DNA of 64,000 nt from Octopus sinensis (GCF_006345805.1 NC_042999.1:14322001-14386000); one strand, 5' to 3'; counted from the first letter of the stretch, positions 1-12,640 are shown. Numbers and translations: made by a program. The notes: a model not told the origin generated them from the letters alone.

Positions 1-330
1 GTTGTTGATGTTAGTGTCCAGACATGCTGTTTGTATAGATTACCCGCATAATGAGTTAAAATTTGAGACAAATGTCGAAAGGATTTTGAATAAAGCCCTT
101 CTCTGGTGAGCGTGATCAAAAGAATACCTAGACTGATAACTGTGATTTAGTAGCAGGAGGTGGTAGACGTAAAAATAAAGCTTCGATGAATAGTTGTCCA
201 TGCCGTGTAGTTGTATGTATGTATGTATGTATGTATGTATGTATGTATGTATGTATGTATGTATGTATGTATGTATGTATGTGTGTGTATGTATGCATGT
301 ATGTGTGTATGCGTGCGTGTGTATGTGTGT

Positions 331-437
331 GTTATTCAGTTTTATTTCAAGATTTCTTACCAATAGAGAAAGAACCGGTTTCTAACCTAGGTCCCAGGCT
401 CCTTCATTAGAATTTCAACATCAACAGGGTATTTTTG
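331..437 (-). mobile_element. 3' terminal segment of R4/Dong-like LINE, embedded in (TATG)n
   Basis: Same ~105 bp at ~2930-3066, ~3480-3615 and 13298-13404; the last lies downstream of a REL-LINE C-terminal coding relic. Confidence 0.55.
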
Positions 438-525
438 TATGTATGCATGCATGTATGTATGTATGTATGCATGTATGTATGCATGTATGTATGTATGTAT
501 GTGTGTGTGTATGTTTTGTTTTATG

Positions 526-572
<47 letters not shown>

Positions 573-1180
573 GTGTGTTTGCATACATGTATGTATGTAT
601 GTATGTATGTATGTATGTATGTATGTATGTATGTATGTATGTATGTATGTATGTATTGTTTTCTCTAGTTTCAGCTCAGAGCTGCGGCCATGCTGATGCA
701 CCGCCGTTATGTATGTACTTTCTTGGAATCTTCTGATGAACGAGCTGGTTTCCAACTGTAGTTGGAATGCAGGTAGCAAAAACAAGATCATATTTTAAAC
801 TTGAGAAAGTCTAGTTCATTTCTACTCTTCCACATTCAGATTGTATTATGGCAGGTGCATGTTAGGTAGCTGATTTCCATTCCTGAAAACCACAGCTAAC
901 CCAGCTTGCAGTTGTCCGTAGTTACCCTCTTTATGATTTTCGTAGAGTTATTCATATCAGCGTCACAGCTGATCTCTACGACGGTACATACATTTTTTTG
1001 TCTGTCCCAAACAACAATACCCAGGCTATTATGTTTACACTTGACAAAAGTTTTGATGAGAATGTTCCACAATATATTTTGTGATGTTTGTATATGTATA
1101 TTCTAGGACAGCCCTTTTTTGCGAATGGCATTGTATATTGTTTTGGCGACAACTTCATGTCGCATAGGAAGGTAGTACCT

Positions 1181-1404
1181 ATTTCTTTACTACCCACAAG
1201 GGGCTAAACACAGAGAGGACAAACAAGGACAGACAAACGGATTAAGTCGATTATATCGACCCCAGTGCGTAACTGGTACTTATTTAATCGACCCCGAAAG
1301 GATGAAAGACAAAGTCGACCTCGGCGGAATTTGAACTCAGAACGTAACGGCAGACGAAATACGGATACGCATTTCGCCCGGCGTGCTAACGTTTCTGCCA
1401 GCTC
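1181..1404 (-). mobile_element. SINE family B inserted in the R4-like LINE
   Basis: GAGTTCAAATTCC B-box-like head and GCCTTTCATCCTTTCGGGGTCGAT body; flanking AGTACCT duplication at 1174-1180 and 1405-1411. Confidence 0.85.
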
Positions 1405-1705
1405 AGTACCTTGGTGAAATTTTTGGGAAGCTACTAATCACATGTCTGATGTCTTTCACAGAAATATGATATAACATACAGTTTCATTTGCATCTCGGGG
1501 TTCCAATAGTTTAATTGTCTTTCTTGTTTACTAGCTGTTTTGTAGCAATCGCACGTTCTTAAATTACAAAGCGTAGCCATCGAAGTGTAAAGTGATGTAG
1601 CAGCCACGAATCCAAAAGAGGCTGCACTTCACGTCGCTATTCCTGCCCATGGATAGTCTCTTTTTGGTATGCTGAGCGTTTCACATCCAATTTTTGAAGT
1701 ATGTT

Positions 1706-1925
1706 TAATTTAATTTAATTTAATTTAATTTAATTTTTAATTGGCTCAAAAAGCAAAAGCAAGGCCATGTAGGGGGACAGGGAGTTATGTACAGGGAGGA
1801 TGGTCATACAAAGAGTTCAGGCCATTTCTGGTCAAGAGAGACTTTGAACCGAGCGGACGTCGGCCGGCTGTTTTGAGGATTATATGGGAGGTCATCAGGA
1901 AGAGAGTACTTCCTGAGGAGCTTAC
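1706..1925 (-). mobile_element. 3' fragment of CR1-like LINE with (TTAAA)n tail
   Basis: SLPDD...FKVSLDQKW* C-terminus, short UTR and pentamer tail. Confidence 0.45.
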
Positions 1926-2334
1926 TGCCAAAGGTGTTCTCTTTGTTTTTCAGTACTAAATTTATGTATTTATTTTTGCTGATGTTGTTTAGCAGAAATT
2001 GTCTGAAAGAACATTCGAGAACAGTTGGCACTGATCTCAAACTTCTACTTCCTCCACTTCTACTTGGTAGAGCCTGTTGATATCACTGTTTCTGTGAAAG
2101 TTTCCAGGTGATATCAGAATCTTGCGGGTTATAATGTCTAGGGAATAGATTTCCTCTGTAGACTAGTGAAATATCCCAAGTATTGGAATCAGCACTGCTT
2201 TCCAACATTTGTGGGATTTTGCCATATTAGAAGAGAGAGTTTCGACAGCCATATTTTTCTAAGTCTTTTATAATATTCTCGGATCACTCTATCTTTACAT
2301 ATAGGTATATATATGTTCTCTTCTGTTTTAGATT

Positions 2335-2669
2335 ATTAAAGTTCTTCTTCTTGGGTAGGAGCTGGTTTCTAACAAAGATACAAAAGCTTCATCGTTGGAA
2401 TACAGGTAACAAAGACTGTGCCACATATTAAACTTGGGGAAAGTCTTGCATATTTTTACTCTCCCACTTACAGATATATTTTGCAGTGTGCGAATTAGCT
2501 AGTTGGTTTCTCTTTCAGAAATCCTTAGCTTATCGAGATTGCCACTTATACATTTGCTCACAAAATCAAGTGCACCAGTTATTATTGGTATAAATGTGAA
2601 TCTATAATCTGGATATAGAAACTGGAGGTTTCGAAGCAACTGTCCGTAGTTATTTTCCTTTTTGATCTT
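2335..2669 (-). mobile_element. 3' end of a second R4/Dong-like LINE copy
   Basis: KKENNYGQLLRNLQFLYPDYRFTFIPIITGALDFVSK and LIRTLQNISVSGRVKICKTF; abuts (TATG)n. Confidence 0.75.
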
Positions 2670-2744
2670 GTATGTATGTATGTATGTATGTATGTATGTA
2701 TGTATGTATGTATGTATGTATGTATGTATGTATGTATGTATGTA

Positions 2745-3770
2745 TGCATGTATGCATTGCAAGCATGCATATAGGTAGGTAACGTGGTAAATAGATAAGT
2801 AGGTAGGTAAGGTGGCAGATAGGTAAGTAGGTAGGTAAGTAGGTAAGGTGGTAGATAGGTATGTATGTATGTATTAAGGCAGGTAGGTAGGTACGTACGT
2901 ACATACGTACATATGTATCTATGTCATTGTTTAGTTTTATTTCAAGATTTTATTCCAAGATTTCAGTATATTTCAAGATTTCTTGCCAATAGAGAAAGTG
3001 TCGGTTTCATACCTAGATTCAAATCTCCTTCATTGAAATTTCAACTTCAACAACAGGGTATTTTTGTTTGTACGTGCATACGTATGTATGTATGTATGTT
3101 GTATGTATGTATGTATGTATGTATGTATGTATGTATGTATGTACGTATGTATGTACGTACGTATGTATGTATGTATGTATTTAAGTATGTATGTATGTAT
3201 TTATGTATGTATGTATGTATGTATGATGTATGTATGTATGTATGTATGTATGTATGTATGTATGTAGTATGTATGTATGTATGTATGTATGTATGCATGT
3301 ATGCATTGCAAGCATGCATATAGGTAGGTAACGTGGTAAATAGATAAGTAGGTAGGTAAGGTGGCAGATAGGTAAGTAGGTAGGTAAGTAGGTAAGGTGG
3401 TAGATAGGTATGTATGTATGTATTAAGGCAGGTAGGTAGGTACGTACGTACATACGTACATATGTATCTATGTCATTGTTTAGTTTTATTTCAAGATTTT
3501 ATTCCAAGATTTCAGTATATTTCAAGATTTCTTGCCAATAGAGAAAGTGTCGGTTTCATACCTAGATTCAAATCTCCTTCATTGAAATTTCAACTTCAAC
3601 AACAGGGTATTTTTGTTTGTACGTGCATACGTATGTATGTATGTATGTATGTATGTATGTATGTATGTATGTATGTATGTATGTATGTATGTATGTACGT
3701 ATGTATGTACGTACGTATGTATGTATGTATGTATTTAAGTATGTATGTATGTATTTATGTATGTATGTAT
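2745..3770. repeat. 549-bp tandem duplication bounded by (TATG)n
   Basis: ORFs at 2865 and 3414 are identical over the non-microsatellite part, offset 549 bp. Confidence 0.9.
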
Positions 3771-3853
3771 GTATGTATGTATGTATGTATGTATGTATGT
3801 ATGTATGTATGTATGTATGTATGTATGTATGCATACATGCATGCATGCATGTG

Positions 3854-3887
<34 letters not shown>

Positions 3888-4793
3888 TATATGTATGTAT
3901 ATATGTAAACAACTGCGTATGTTGTTTGTACATCGGTATGAATGTATATGTTGGTATATAAGTAGTTATGGTGTATGCACATATCTATATACGTATATAC
4001 GTATGTATGTATACATTCATGTATGTATACATGTGTATGTTTACGTATGTTTGTATTTATATTTGCATGTATATATTTATAAATACAATTTTCTTTTGTC
4101 ACCCCGAATATATTTATATACGTACGAACGCACCTTTGTATGTATGTATGTATGTATGTATGTATGTATGTATGTATGTATGTATGTATGTTGTATGTAT
4201 GTATGTATGTATGTATACATGTATGTATGTATGTATGTATGTATGTATGTATGTATGTATGTACGTATGTATGTATGCCTGCATGGTATATATTGTATGT
4301 ATGTATATAATACACATACTTATAGTATCCCTGCATATAATAGACATATGAATGGTACCAGAGAAGCTATATAAGCGATAATCTAAAACCACCTCTTTAT
4401 TTTATATGATTTTTGAACACTGGGGTTCAAAAGGATTCCGGAATATCAATGTTATCTTTTATTGGCGAGGCACGCCCAGATCACTTGCTTTAAGAATGCA
4501 CAAAGCATTAGCCACGTCCAACTTCATAAAAACTAACCAAACAAGTCAGTGTCTAAAACAGCCGATCAGAAATGTATATCTCTTGAAAGTGAAACTTTAC
4601 ATTCTATTGAATTTTACGTTTGTAGTTTAGCCTTATGTCAGACCTATAATAAAAAAGTGTTCCACCCATAACAATCCCTTCTTGTTTTCGCACAATTAAT
4701 ATATAAATGCGGGTGGCCTTGTGCCAAAATTTGAAACCAATATCTAAACGAGGCATGGGTGGGTGGCTAAGAAGCTCGTGTGTATATATATAT

Positions 4794-4842
<49 letters not shown>

Positions 4843-4844
<2 letters not shown>

Positions 4845-5212
4845 GTTTAAGAGGACAACAAACATTAAGGTAAGGGAAACATCTCAAGTCGTATACAATA
4901 TTATTATTGGAAAAAATTCAACAAAGTCTTACAGCTGTTTCCGGGATATCGTCGAGAATGGGATATTCCGTCATCAGAGACAAATAAGGATAAGCATACT
5001 CGAGGATATCCCAGAAACAGCTGTAAGACTTCGAATTTTTTCCAATAATGATATTCTATACGGCTTGAGATGTTTGCCTTGCTTTAATGTTTATTGTCCT
5101 CTTTAACTACCGTCTCAGCTATAACTTTGGGTCCCTAGGGATCCGTTACAGCACTTACCTAGCGTGCCTAATCGTTTAGATCACTTGTAAACTAAATTCC
5201 AGTACTTTGTGT
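4843..5212. mobile_element. Fold-back Penelope-like pLTR relic between (TA)n tracts
   Basis: ~100-bp inverted arms (about 4846-4950 and 5003-5106) containing a hammerhead motif; homologous copy at 21703-22274. Confidence 0.65.
4926..4981 (-). ncRNA. Type I hammerhead ribozyme motif
   Basis: Minus strand gtct-CTGATGA-cggaatatc..gatatcccg-GAAA-cagctg-TA-agac: stems I and II, palindromic stem III ACAGCTGT, GUA site. Confidence 0.8.
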
Positions 5213-5233
5213 TCGTGTATACATATATATATA

Positions 5234-5274
<41 letters not shown>

Positions 5275-5276
<2 letters not shown>

Positions 5277-5473
5277 GCGTGTGTATCGTTGACGATTTTT
5301 TTCCCTACGTCTTCCCTTCCTTGGATCTTTCCGTTTTCTGTGTTTCTGACGAAGAGCTCCGCTCGAAACGTTAAATCCTCCTTCTTTCTTTCCTTCTTGA
5401 GCGTCCAGTAATGCTATACTAGTTCCACGTCCTTGCGTTGTTGTGTTTTCTCTTTGTGTTTTTACGTTTGGAT

Positions 5474-5478
<5 letters not shown>
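5275..5478 (+). mobile_element. Short Penelope-like terminal relic between (TA)n tracts
   Basis: Homologous to ~49100-49303; contains a minimal hammerhead. Confidence 0.6.
5343..5375 (+). ncRNA. Minimal type I hammerhead motif
   Basis: ttt-CTGACGA-a-gagc(tcc)gctc-GAAACGT-T-aaa; ACGT palindromic stem III. Confidence 0.65.
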
Positions 5479-5544
<66 letters not shown>

Positions 5545-6281
5545 GTGTGCGCGTGTGGTTGTATGCGTGTATTTTCTGTATTTTGCCTTTAGCCCTGTTT
5601 TTTCTTGTGCATGTGCGTATATAGACGTGTGTATGAATTTTTTGTGCGCTTGTGTGTGTGTGCGTATATAGACGTGTGCGGGTATGTGCGTATATTAGAC
5701 GGGTGTGTGCGTGCATGCGAGTATGTGTATGAACCTTTTCTGTGCGCGTGTGTGTGAGCGTGTATGCGAGTGTGTATATATCTTTTGGTGAATGTGTGTG
5801 TTTCAAGTGAGGGTCGATGAGTATATACATATGTAGGTGGGTGTGCGGGCGTGCATGTGCATGTATAGACATGCACACTTTCGCGATTACTATGAAAATT
5901 TTTTCTCTCTTACCTTCACTCCCTCCCCTTACTTAGCGGTCATTCTAATATCTCTTTTGTCTTCATGGCGTTGGTTACGAAAGGCAAAGTTGATTGACTT
6001 CGGTGGGTCTTGAACTGAAGGAAGACCCTCTGAATACATACCACGACTCGTACAGTTTCATACTTCATTTAACTAATTCGATTTCTGTTTGACATCTAAC
6101 GACACCATTTCTTTTTTTCATTTTTGTTTTGTGTTGTGTTGTTTTACATTTTGCTTCTTATTCACTTGTTGCTCTTAAACCCACTTACAGTTAACACTTA
6201 GCTTTGGTGGGCGCTGAAGCAGTGAGATATCTGTCAGATTACCTTTGTAGTGTAACATTAGGTTTGTTAAATAGTTATTCA

Positions 6282-6672
6282 CTAGCAGTATCGCCCGGCG
6301 TTGCTCGGGTTTGTTTCGACCCTTTAGAATTGGAATTTTTATAAAGTAAAAATTTTGCATTATGTAGCTTGTTATTCTCTTTGTGTCAACATTTTTCTGG
6401 TTGAACTACACCGAAAAATGGCGACACAGCAATCAAAAATCGTAAAAAATAGGGATTTTCATAGAAAAAAAGCACCTTTTTGATGTAGATAATTTTTGGT
6501 GTTAACATGGTCCGATTTGAATTTTTTCTTCTACGGAATGAAGAGCAAGCCTTCTTCTATCATACTCTTAATTTTGGTCAACTTGCGCCGAAGTGTTTCG
6601 GTGGAGAAAGTGTTAGTTGAAGGCTACCAAACCCACCATACACAGACAACTTCAGCTTTATATATTGAGAGA
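6282..6672 (-). mobile_element. Non-autonomous Helitron
   Basis: Minus strand starts TC(TCTCAATATATAAAGCTG) and ends with hairpin CCCGAGCAACGCCGGG then CTAG; inserted between A and T with no TSD. Confidence 0.75.
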
Positions 6673-6912
6673 TGAATAACATGTAGTGGGCTGCGCGTTG
6701 CGTTCAAAGAGGCCACATTAATATTGGTCTCAAATTTTGTTACGAGCCCAGCAATTTCGAAGGAAGGAGTAACTCGATTACATCGACATCAGTGTTCGAC
6801 TGCTACTTATTTTATCGACCCCGAAAGGATGAAAAACAAATTCGACTTCGGTGGAATCTGAACCCAGAACATGAAAACGGACGAAATGCTGCTAAACATT
6901 TTGCCCGGCCTA

Positions 6913-7312
6913 CTCTCTCTTTACTTGTCTCAGTCATTTGACTGTGGTCATGCTGGAGCACCGCCTTTAGCCGAGCAAATCGACCCCAGGACTTATTCTT
7001 TGTAAGCCTAGTACTTATTCTATCGGTGTCTTTTGCCGAACCGCTAATTTACGGGGACGTAAACACACCAGCATCGGTTGTCAAGCGATATTGGGGGAGG
7101 GGAGACAAACACAGACACACAAACATATACACACACACATGTATATACATATATACGATGGGCTTCTTTCAGTTTCCGTCTACCAAATCCACTCACAAGG
7201 CTTTGGTCGGCCCGAGGCTATAGTAGAAGACACTTACCCAAAGTGCCACGCAGTGGGAATGAACCCGGAACCATGTGGTTGGTAAGCAAGCTACTTACCA
7301 CACAGCCACTCT
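6913..7312 (-). mobile_element. SINE family A inserted into the head of a family B SINE (6720-7332)
   Basis: tRNA-like head (GGTTCA-TCCC), CORE-like CCTTGGGCAAGT-type segment, internal microsatellite, CCAGCATGGCC hairpin tail. Confidence 0.85.
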
Positions 7313-8128
7313 TGCGTGCTAACGATTCTGCCTTTAGTGGCCAAACTAATACTGATATTATTTTCCCATACATTTCTATTGACCAGGAACATTTGCATTG
7401 ACATAAATTCGACAGTTGAATAAATAGGACGGCATCTAAGAGATATTGAATGGAACAAGGTTTTACTATATTATATAACTGACATTCCGTCTGTTACGAC
7501 GACGAGTGTTTCAGTTGATCTAATCACCGGAGAAGCTTGTTCTGTGAAATTACTGTTCCAGTGGCTGAGAATTTCACAGACACGCTTACCCTTTACATAG
7601 TTCTCAAGGAGATTCAGAGTGACACAGGATGTGACAAGCCTAGCCTTTTGAAATACAGGTACTCCTCATTTTTGGCAGCTGGGTGGACTGGACAGTATGT
7701 GTATGAACCTTTTCTGTGCGCGTGTGTGTGAGCGTGTATGCGAGTGTGTATATATCTTTTGGTGAATGTGTGTGTTTCAAGTGAGGGTCATAACACCGTT
7801 TACCTGGTTTCCATGGCGTGTAAGTGACCGAGATTACAACATTCCTTCTGTACAGCCCGTTACAGAGTTGCTTATTTATAGCTGAACGGAGTGGAACAAC
7901 GTGAAATGATGTGTTTTACTCAAGACACAACGCATTGCCCGTTCTGGGAATCGAAACCACGATCTTACTTTTTTTTTTCTGTAACGCCCTAACCACCAGA
8001 CCACGTGTCCTCTGTTATCATTTAACATAAATATTAGGAATCAACGAAGGAAAGTCTTTCTTCGTAATTCCTAAATATTTTGTTTACATGCAATGCGTGT
8101 TAGAGCAACGGAAAATGTTTTATCGCAT

Positions 8129-8305
8129 GATATCCTTTGGGTTTATTTACATTTGTGAAGAAAAAAAGATACCCTTCCTCCCACCCCTAACCCTAACCCT
8201 AAAACAGATTGAAATGCAATAGATCGATACAAAGATCATAATTATGGGTGACAATTTCATATAACACCGCTAGATAAAAACTGACGTTCAAACCGAAAAG
8301 ATCCC
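8129..8305. mobile_element. MITE-like element with internal (CCCTAA)3
   Basis: Imperfect terminal inverted repeats gatatcctttgggttt / aaaccgaaaagatcc. Confidence 0.4.
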
Positions 8306-9154
8306 GATCTAGAATTGAACCTAAAAGCCTCAATTGCAAGATTCGAGACACGTGCACATCACCCTCGAATCATGTGGTCTGTCTTGATTATCAGCCAATC
8401 AGCTTGCAGCGATGTCATGCCTTTGAAGTTCTCCCGCTTTTCTTAATATTTAAGCAGTTTCGCGTCAAGAATAAGAGCAGAAGTTTGAGACTGTCACTGG
8501 AAACACACATTCTCATTTCTCGTCACGAGCAAGATTTGTGAGAGATTTGCGAGAGCTATAGAAAACACACACAGCTCGCCTCTTCCCAGGCAACACGAAG
8601 TTTTCCTTCGCTGAATCCAGCTAGAAATGAAAGGAATTCTACTTCGTAATTGCAAACCAATTCTGTTCGACATCTCGAGTCTTATTAGTCTCGATTTTAA
8701 TCTCCTACTTTCTCTATCAGCTGTCATTAGAAGTTTATATTCACTTGTTCCCCTGTACAATAAATCTTGTAATAAAAATATGCAATTATGTCCGCGCCTG
8801 TTCATGTGTGCATAACACGCAGGCCAGCTTACACCAAACAATAACAGTACAGTCATGAACAAATCTCAGCAACCAACGATGACAATATCTTTTCACTGCG
8901 TGAGAAAGTGTTCCCAGAGTCTGTCGTTCAGCTATTACATGCGTCTTACGAGGAAAATAGTTCAGTTAATAATAGAATTGACTGTCGATAATAGGAAAGT
9001 ACCAGAGTGACTTTTTAAATAGGGAATTGTAAAGGAATTTCTTCTTTAATTGGGTCATAGTTAAGACAAAATTTCAAGGACAGTTCTGTTTAATATTTTA
9101 TGAAATTTTAAACATTGCAAAATGAAAGAAAAGGATTTTATATATGTATAAATA

Positions 9155-9535
9155 AGTGGCTGTGTGGTAAGACGCTTGCTGCCCAATGACATTGTTCAGT
9201 CTCACTGCGTGGCACCTTGGGCTATTGTCTTTTACTATAGCCTCGGGGACGACCAAAGCCTTGTGAGTGGATTTGGTAGACGGAAACTAAAAGAAGTCCG
9301 TCATATATATGTGTGTGTGTGTGTGTATTTGTGTATCTGTGTTTGTTCCCACCCATTCACCATCGCTTGACAACCGATGTTAGTATATTTAGGTCCCCGT
9401 AACTTAGCGGTTCAGCAAAAGATACCGATTGAATAAGTACTAGGTTTACAAAGAATAAGTCCTGGAGTCGATTTGTTCGACTGAACGCGGTGCTCCAGCA
9501 TGGCCACAGTCAAAATGACTGAAGCAAGTAAAAGA
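9155..9535 (+). mobile_element. SINE family A
   Basis: Colinear with other family A copies. Confidence 0.85.
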
Positions 9536-9678
9536 AAACAACGAATAAAAGAATATATAAGCGTAGAAATATCTGACTGTGGTTAGAAGCTCGTTTTGCA
9601 ATCACGCGCCTTCCGTTTCAGTCCTAGTGTGCGGCACCTTGGGCAAGTGTCTTCTATAGCACTGGGCCAACACACACA

Positions 9679-9894
9679 CGAGGGGGGGCTGAAAAGTTGT
9701 TGTTTAGGTGTAAAGGAAAATACAGGCGGATCAGTTAATTATGATTTTATTCAACATATTCCCTTCTCAAATTCACATACTTATTACAGCGGTTCTTCAG
9801 TTTTTCTAAGCCCTGTCAAAGAACTTGGAAGGTAGGCCTCCAACCTGACCTTTCACGACACCCTTAAGGCCGGGAATTTATCAACAGCCCCTCG
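9679..9894 (-). mobile_element. Mariner-derived MITE
   Basis: CGAGGGG..CCCCTCG termini; retains the transposase C-terminal relic; copies at 14123-14336 and 30537-30755. Confidence 0.8.
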
Positions 9895-9902
9895 TGTATA
9901 TA

Positions 9903-9961
<59 letters not shown>

Positions 9962-9963
<2 letters not shown>

Positions 9964-10300
9964 GTGGGGGAGCATCATAGCCATGTGTTGAGAGGGATTC
10001 TTTGGGGTTTGAATAATTCACCTCTGGAAACATGGGTGTTTCGTTCAACATCCTTAAGCAACCCTTATTCAGGGACCTTTTGAGCGGAATGGGTTACTCG
10101 ACCAGAAGAAAATTCTAACTGGGCCCCACCTGCAAGGTCATTCGCTATTTATCTTGATATGAGATCACCATGTCACACACATATGGTTGTGATGCATGTG
10201 CCTTGTGTACACATATCAGACGGATATTCATGATGGGTATACTGGGCTTCGTATATTTTATCCCAGCGTCACTTTGATGGCATGTACTGTTCTCTCACTC

Positions 10301-10352
<52 letters not shown>

Positions 10353-10800
10353 GCCCTGATGCAGTACCAAACAGTAGGTCACATGGCTTCTGATCTTAAC
10401 TAATTGGAAGTGATATCGTGTACATTGCTTTGTCTTGGTATAAAAGATAGGGTACAGTAAATATTATGCTCGTATTGAGCATAATATTTACAGATTTGCT
10501 TGTCCGTTGTTTGACCTTAACCAGTTGAGCATGTCTCTCAGTGGCTGACGATATGTGCATCTCTATTCATGAACAGAAGTAGTGGGGGAGCATCATAGCC
10601 ATGTGTGGAAAGGAATTCTTTGGGGTTTGGATAATTCACCTTTGGAAACATGGGTATTTTGTTCAACATCCTTAAATAACCCTTATTCAGGGACCTTTTG
10701 AGCGGGACGAGCTACCCAACCTGAAGGAAATTCTTACTGGGCCCTACCTGCAATGTCATGCGCTGTTTATCTTGATATGAGATCATCATGTCGCGCACAA
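9962..10800 (+). mobile_element. Two tandem partial copies of an (AAT)n-associated retroposon-like repeat
   Basis: 9962-10180 repeated at ~10581-10798; first copy ends CTCTCACTC(AAT)n; similar end on the minus strand at ~15770-15835. Confidence 0.6.
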
Positions 10801-10939
10801 TTACTCTTATGTAGGGGTTGCCTGATATATTGGAATTCCTTTAGAGGGTTCCCTGTTTTGAGAAATATCATCCTGGTAACCATGTCTTGTTTTAAAAATA
10901 AGATGAAATTAAATTAAAGGAAGGTATTGGTTGATGGGC

Positions 10940-11140
10940 GGAGGCGCAATGGCCCAGTTGTTAGCGCAGCGGACTCGCGATCCCAGGATCGTGGTTTCGA
11001 TTCCCAGACCGGGTGTTGTGTGTGTTTATTGAGCGAAAACACCTAAAAGCTTCACGAAGCTCTGGCAGTGGATGGTGGTGACCCCTGTTGTACTCTTTCA
11101 CAACAACTTTCTCTCACTCTCTCTCTTCCAGTTTCTTGAG
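10940..11140 (+). mobile_element. tRNA-derived SINE family C (resembles octopus OR-type SINEs)
   Basis: GGAGGCGCAATGGCCCAG A box and GGTTTCGATTCCC B box; flanking ATTGGTTGATGG direct repeat. Confidence 0.8.
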
Positions 11141-11277
11141 TAACTGGCAGAACAAAAATGGTGGAAAAAAAATTGGTTGATGGAGATGAGTGAATAGATT
11201 AATAGACAAACAAACACAGAAATATATATTTAAAAAAAGGTGTGAAAGGGTGTGGATCTCAACAATTGTAAACGACT

Positions 11278-11503
11278 CGAGCTGGCAGAAGCGTTTGCGC
11301 GCTGGGCGAAATGCTTAGCGGTATTTCGTCTGTCGTTACGTTCTGAGTTCAAATTCCGCCGAGGTCGACTTTGCCTTTCATCCTTTCGGGGTCGATAAAT
11401 TAAGTACCAGTTACGCACTGGGGTTGATGTAATCGACTTAATCCGTTTGTCTGTCCTTGTTTGTCCCCCTCTATGTTTAGCCCCTTGTGGGCAGTAAAGA
11501 AAT
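11278..11503 (+). mobile_element. SINE family B
   Basis: Full-length match to other B copies. Confidence 0.85.
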
Positions 11504-11589
11504 ATATATATATATTTTTAAAAAATGGCTTTGGCGCGATTGGATTGTCTTTCACCATGGGTCTGTTGTCGTATCAGAAGTGACCTAGG

Positions 11590-12640
11590 GTTAACAAAAA
11601 CGATAGCAGCAACAACATGAACACCAAAAACAATAATAATAAACGCAGTAGCAACGAGAGCAGCACCATAACCAATTGCAAGGACAATACACGAACAAGA
11701 AGAAAGACAACAGCAATAAGAAGAAGAATAACAAGAGCAACAGCTGCAGTGAGACACAAGTGACTGAAAGAAAAACTACAGCAACACAACAGCAGCAGAC
11801 AATTATAGCAAGTGCAGCTGTAGGAACAACTGCAGCAGCAACAGCAGATGAGCAACAGCAGCAGCAAGGGGAAAAGCGTAGCAACAGTAAGGTGTATAAC
11901 GACAGCAACATTAGTAAGAGCAACATTAAGTGAAGCAGTAGACAACAGCAGGAACGGATGCAGCACTAACAACAGCAGCAACAAAAGATACAGCAACAGT
12001 AGACGCTACAGTAACAACAGCAGCAGTAGCAGCTGCCGCAGCAAGAACACATCAGTAGCAGAAACAGTAACCACAACAGCAACAACAACAGTTGCAGTAG
12101 CAGAGGCAGCAAAAGGAACAGCAGCAACGCAACAACATCAACAGCAGCAAGAACGGCAACAGCAGCAGAAGCAGCAGCAACAACAGCAGCAACAGCAGCA
12201 ACAACGCAACACAACAGCAGCAACAACGGCAACAACATAGAAGCAGCAGCAGAGGCAGCAACAGGAACAGCAGCAACATCAACAGCAGCAGCAGTAACAG
12301 CAGCAGCAGCAGCAGAGATGGCAGCAACAACAAATACAACAAACGGAAGCGGTGGCAACAGCAACAGTGGCAGAAGCAGCAGCAGCAGAAGCAGCAGCAA
12401 CAGCAGCAACAGCTACAACAACAGCAACAATAACAAGAGAAGCAGCAGCAACAACCGTAGCATCACAAAAATAATAAAAGAAAGAAAACATCATCTAGAA
12501 CAACAACTGTAATAACAACGACAACGACAACAACAACAGCAATAACATCAGCAACTTCAGCAGCAACCTCACTATCACCACCACCACCACCACCACCACC
12601 ACCACCACCACCACCACCAACAACAACAACAGCAGCCAAT
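11590..12640. repeat. Degenerate (CAG/CAA/CAC)n low-complexity tract
   Basis: About 1 kb of trinucleotide-derived sequence with no conserved frame. Confidence 0.85.

Larger units (their letters stand above)
700..2330 (-). mobile_element. Degenerate R4/Dong-like non-LTR retrotransposon (late RT, decayed CCHC, REL endonuclease), interrupted by later insertions
   Basis: Manual minus-strand translation gives EEIYSLDIITRKIL..GNFHRNSDINRLY, HVISSFPKISPRY/YLPMRHEVVAKTIYNAIR and KHNSLGIVVWDRQKNVCTVVEISCDAD..EGNYGQL; many stops and frameshifts. Confidence 0.75.

Noticed and set aside
8185-8202. Telomere
   Set aside because: Only three CCCTAA units, inside a MITE-like element.
8400-8960. ORF 8494-8862 as a host exon (also 1-190 and 60600-61000)
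   Set aside because: No convincing splice or domain signal; more likely highly decayed LINE fragments that I cannot classify.
10940-11012. tRNA genes (also 36716, 49316, 56800)
   Set aside because: tRNA-like heads continue into SINE bodies and lack a proper acceptor stem.
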